DNA of 64,000 nt from Candidatus Hodarchaeota archaeon. GTDB lineage: Archaea > Asgardarchaeota > Lokiarchaeia > Sigyniarchaeales > SOKP01. The position numbers and the translations under genes are program-made. Positions within the stretch are counted from its first letter, which is position 1; the number at the start of each line of letters is the position of its first letter. The notes beneath the pieces were generated by a model that was not told the origin of the DNA, made no database searches, and was given only the letters and a program-made list of their open reading frames with translations. Positions 60,947-64,000 of the stretch are shown piece after piece. Location: contig JBHLKM010000002.1 in NCBI GenBank assembly GCA_048886685.1, positions 7,532 to 71,531 of the forward strand, in the 5' to 3' direction.

Positions 60947-62497
60947 CTATTCAAGTTCACGTTTTAAAATCTTCCCAGCAGCACTTGTAGGTAAACTATC
61001 TTTTATTTCGAAATATTTAGGAATTTTATATTTTGCTAAATTTTGTAAAAGGTAATCTCGAATATCTTCTATTGTTATTGTTTTTCCAGGCTTTAAAGTG
61101 ATAAAGGCTTTACCCACTTCTCCCCATTTTTTATCATCAACTCCTATAACAGCAGCTAAATCAATTGCAGGATGTTTGTATAATAATTCTTCAATTTCTA
61201 CAGGATAAACATTCTCCCCTCCACTTATATACATTTCTTTCCTACGACCTACGATGTAAAAATATCCATCCTCGTCTTGCTTAGCCAAATCACCCGTATG
61301 TACCCATCCATCTTTTTCAATTGTCTTTTTAGTCTCTTCTGGTTCGTCCCAATAGCCTGAAAATATATGTGGTCCTCTCAATAATAGTTCCCCTATTTCT
61401 CCTCGTATAACTATCTTATTTGTTTTAGTATCAATGATCTTCATATCACAATGTAGTACAGGCAATCCTACAGATGTCGGTTTCAGTTTTATTTTATTCT
61501 CAGGTAAGTAAAAGTTATTTGGTCCCACTTCAGTTAAGCCATATCCCATCTTAAAAAGTTTATTTCTAGCCCAATACTTTTCCATAATTGCTACTGGGCA
61601 TGGTGCCCCTCCAGAGATGAAGATTTTTACAGACTCAATATTAGCAGTGTCAAAATTGGGACTATTTGCCATCATATGGAACATTGTTGGAACACCAATT
61701 ACAATGCTACAAGCATGATCTTCTATAATTTTTAAAGTTTCTTCGGGATTAAAATCTCCCATTAATATTGTTTTTGCGCCTAAATGGTAAAATGGTACTA
61801 ATAATACATTCCATCCTCCTGTATGAAATAGCGGAAAGAGAAGAGGTTGAATGTCATCTTGATTTAAACCCCAGGAAAGAATAGTATTCACAGAATTCCA
61901 AAAAATAAGTCGATGAGAAAGTACTGCTCCTTTAGGTAAACCTGTTGTTCCTCCTGTAAATAATATAAGATGAGGGTCTTCAAAATAAAGGATTGGTTTT
62001 TTAATTTCTGAATTCGAGGCTTTAGTCATTAATTTTTGAGTTGTGGGATCATTTTGTATAGAAACAGCACCCATAGCTATATTTTTTAAGATGAGATCCT
62101 TATCCTTTATTTCTTCTACTTGAGATTTCAGCCTTGATTCATAAAAAAATATTGAAGGTCCGGTCTTTTTAATTAAATATTCTAATTCTTTAATTGATAA
62201 CCTTACATTGAAGGGAACCAGTATCGCTCCAATTTTACCCGTGGCTAGAAATAAGTCTATGCATTCAATTCGATTTGTTGAAAACATAGCAATCCGATCT
62301 CCTTTAGAAATCCCATTATCCAATAACACTCGTGCTAGTTGATTTGCTCTGTAATCAAGCTCTTTATATGTATAAATTTTTTTCTCTATGTTATCAAAGA
62401 TGGCCTCACGATTAGGAGATAACATTGCACGACGTCTAGACCAATCTCCAATCCAAGAGAAATCATTTAATCCTAAAATTTTTCCCTTTTTAACCAT
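60947..62497 (-). CDS. Acyl-CoA synthetase (AMP-forming)
   Basis: FTGGTTGLPKG, GYGLTE, HTGDL, GGENVYP.EIE and GKI. Confidence 0.95.
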   Translation of the reverse strand: MVKKGKILGLNDFSWIGDWSRRRAMLSPNREAIFDNIEKKIYTYKELDYRANQLARVLLDNGISKGDRIAMFSTNRIECIDLFLATGKIGAILVPFNVRLSIKELEYLIKKTGPSIFFYESRLKSQVEEIKDKDLILKNIAMGAVSIQNDPTTQKLMTKASNSEIKKPILYFEDPHLILFTGGTTGLPKGAVLSHRLIFWNSVNTILSWGLNQDDIQPLLFPLFHTGGWNVLLVPFYHLGAKTILMGDFNPEETLKIIEDHACSIVIGVPTMFHMMANSPNFDTANIESVKIFISGGAPCPVAIMEKYWARNKLFKMGYGLTEVGPNNFYLPENKIKLKPTSVGLPVLHCDMKIIDTKTNKIVIRGEIGELLLRGPHIFSGYWDEPEETKKTIEKDGWVHTGDLAKQDEDGYFYIVGRRKEMYISGGENVYPVEIEELLYKHPAIDLAAVIGVDDKKWGEVGKAFITLKPGKTITIEDIRDYLLQNLAKYKIPKYFEIKDSLPTSAAGKILKRELE

Positions 62498-62510
62498 ATG
62501 ATTGAATCAC

Positions 62511-63713
62511 CTAAACTGCTTTGTATATTGGCCATTTTCTCCACACATATGCGAACAAAATTTCTATCCAGAGAAACCATAATACAAATGGAGTTGGATT
62601 GACCTCCCAAAAATTGTGTGGTTCTCCAAAAAAGATAGGAGATATAAGATAAAAACCAAAAAATCCAATAGTACCAAGTGCGATAACTAATATAAAACGA
62701 ATTAGGAAATTTTTCCACTGTGAGTATTTTTTAGGCCAATTATCAAAGAACAATGAGACAAGAACAACAGCACATATTAAAAAAATAGCATAACTTATAC
62801 TCATATAATACCAACCAGTAAGTCTTATAAAAGGATCACTTGGTATTGTCCCTCCTATTAGCCTAAAAATTGGATCAAAAATATATCTACCTATATCTTC
62901 TAAAAGAAAAGCAAAAAAGAGACCTAATAATACACAAACAGCTGAAGCAATCATACCCATAAACGGTTGTTTCCTACCCAGTTTATTCCAGGGCCAATAT
63001 TCAAAAACCATCATTGTTAATAATGAAAAGAAAATTATCCATTGTGTCCATCCAAGAGAAAACGGATAATTAGGGATTGGAGCATAAATTCCTTTTACTG
63101 CTGTAGGTATTGAAGCAGAGGGTTCTCTATTTCCATTTGGGAAAAATAGAAAGAACCAGACCAATACAGTAATTGCATTACCAATAACCCACACAATTAT
63201 TCCCCGTTTTGGTTGTTTGAATTTAAAAAATGGCCAGTACATCGTTCCAGCAACCCAAAGTATGGCAAATGAAAAACAAGATCCACTTAAGGCTCCAAAA
63301 ATAGATGCACCAACATACCATGCTACATAATCGTCTGTTATTTCTGCACTATAATATGAATTAAATAATGGTAACAATACAAGAGTAAAAATTAGTATTA
63401 TAGTAGCATTAAACAACGTACCTACTAATCCTACTTTCCAAGGTGTCCTAAACCAATTATAATATGGCCAATTTTCAAACCAAATCGCCCAGACAACTCC
63501 TATTAACCCAAATCCCCCAATGACAGAAGCATAGGGCACAACCTCATGACTATGCCATCTTGAATCAAAAAATATCCACCAAGTTATTATACTAATGATA
63601 AAAACAATTAGTATAGATACAACACCTGCAAATGGTTGCTTGTAACGAGCCATAACAATCATTGGAGCCTCATCAGCAGAAGGTATTCCAACTTTTTCTC
63701 CAGCAAGAGCCAT
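62511..63713 (-). CDS. Polytopic membrane protein with WP repeats, putative transporter
   Basis: About 10 TMs with a recurring WP motif; first gene of the ligase/FabH-like operon. Confidence 0.75.
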   Translation of the reverse strand: MALAGEKVGIPSADEAPMIVMARYKQPFAGVVSILIVFIISIITWWIFFDSRWHSHEVVPYASVIGGFGLIGVVWAIWFENWPYYNWFRTPWKVGLVGTLFNATIILIFTLVLLPLFNSYYSAEITDDYVAWYVGASIFGALSGSCFSFAILWVAGTMYWPFFKFKQPKRGIIVWVIGNAITVLVWFFLFFPNGNREPSASIPTAVKGIYAPIPNYPFSLGWTQWIIFFSLLTMMVFEYWPWNKLGRKQPFMGMIASAVCVLLGLFFAFLLEDIGRYIFDPIFRLIGGTIPSDPFIRLTGWYYMSISYAIFLICAVVLVSLFFDNWPKKYSQWKNFLIRFILVIALGTIGFFGFYLISPIFFGEPHNFWEVNPTPFVLWFLWIEILFAYVWRKWPIYKAV

Positions 63714-63875
63714 TATTTTTCACTCTACTTTATTCATAGATTTTATATAATATATCCTATAATATTCATTTCATATATAAATAATATATTCTATTTGAAT
63801 CTAAATTTGCTTTTTAAATTCAATCTAGAAGCAAAGACCTCATTATTCATGATATAGTTTGAGAATAAAAAAAAA

Positions 63876-63998
63876 TCAGATTTTTATTAGTTCATAATCA
63901 GTTGATCCTATTTTATTCTTAACAGCTGCATCAAATTGAAAAGAAGTATTAACCATTGGGTTCAAAGCATGAAATTTTTCCACACCCCTCTCTAAAGG
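63876..63998 (-). CDS. C-terminus of a probable DUF362 family Fe-S protein (partial)
   Basis: Manual translation ...EKFHALNPMVNTSFQFDAAVKNKIGSTDYELIKI* resembles the DUF362 C-terminal KF..L.P...GS..YELI pattern. Confidence 0.55.
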   Translation of the reverse strand, partial: PLERGVEKFHALNPMVNTSFQFDAAVKNKIGSTDYELIKI

Positions 63999-64000
63999 TA

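Noticed and set aside
1-64000. CRISPR arrays, rRNA, IS elements or prophage genes
   Set aside because: No regularly spaced repeats, rRNA-like segments, transposase, integrase or virion genes were recognised.

Overview
AT-rich archaeal chromosomal window. The gene content (several Rab/Arf-like small GTPases, repeated longin-like domains, expanded TPR proteins, an IPGF-type C-terminal sorting signal, PAC2, DUF2070, tRNA-Ala without encoded CCA) points to an Asgard archaeon, most likely Lokiarchaeia; this assignment is an inference. Housekeeping and metabolic genes (MoxR/VWA, heterodimeric ABC exporter, gatC, dut, thiolase, purE, rpiA, FadH-like, RsmB/NOP2, DRE-TIM synthase, FabH-like/acyl-CoA ligase cluster) surround a ~16 kb plastic region (19.7-35.4 kb) centred on tRNA-Ala(GGC). 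That region carries four intact and one internally deleted TPR + longin-like paralogs, a serine hydrolase pseudogene, two membrane-anchored Rab-like pseudo-GTPases, a third degenerate Rab and several gene relics. Best candidates for undescribed biology: (1) a 7-TM protein / Arf-like GTPase / uDENN-like-wHTH gene trio at 48.3-50.2 kb; (2) the variable-TPR, constant-longin array next to TM-anchored Rab-like proteins; (3) a subtilase with the architecture of eukaryotic site-1 protease; (4) a single-pass receptor-like protein with a cytoplasmic longin domain. All domain calls come from motif recognition by eye; no searches were run. No CRISPR array, rRNA, integrase or transposase was seen.
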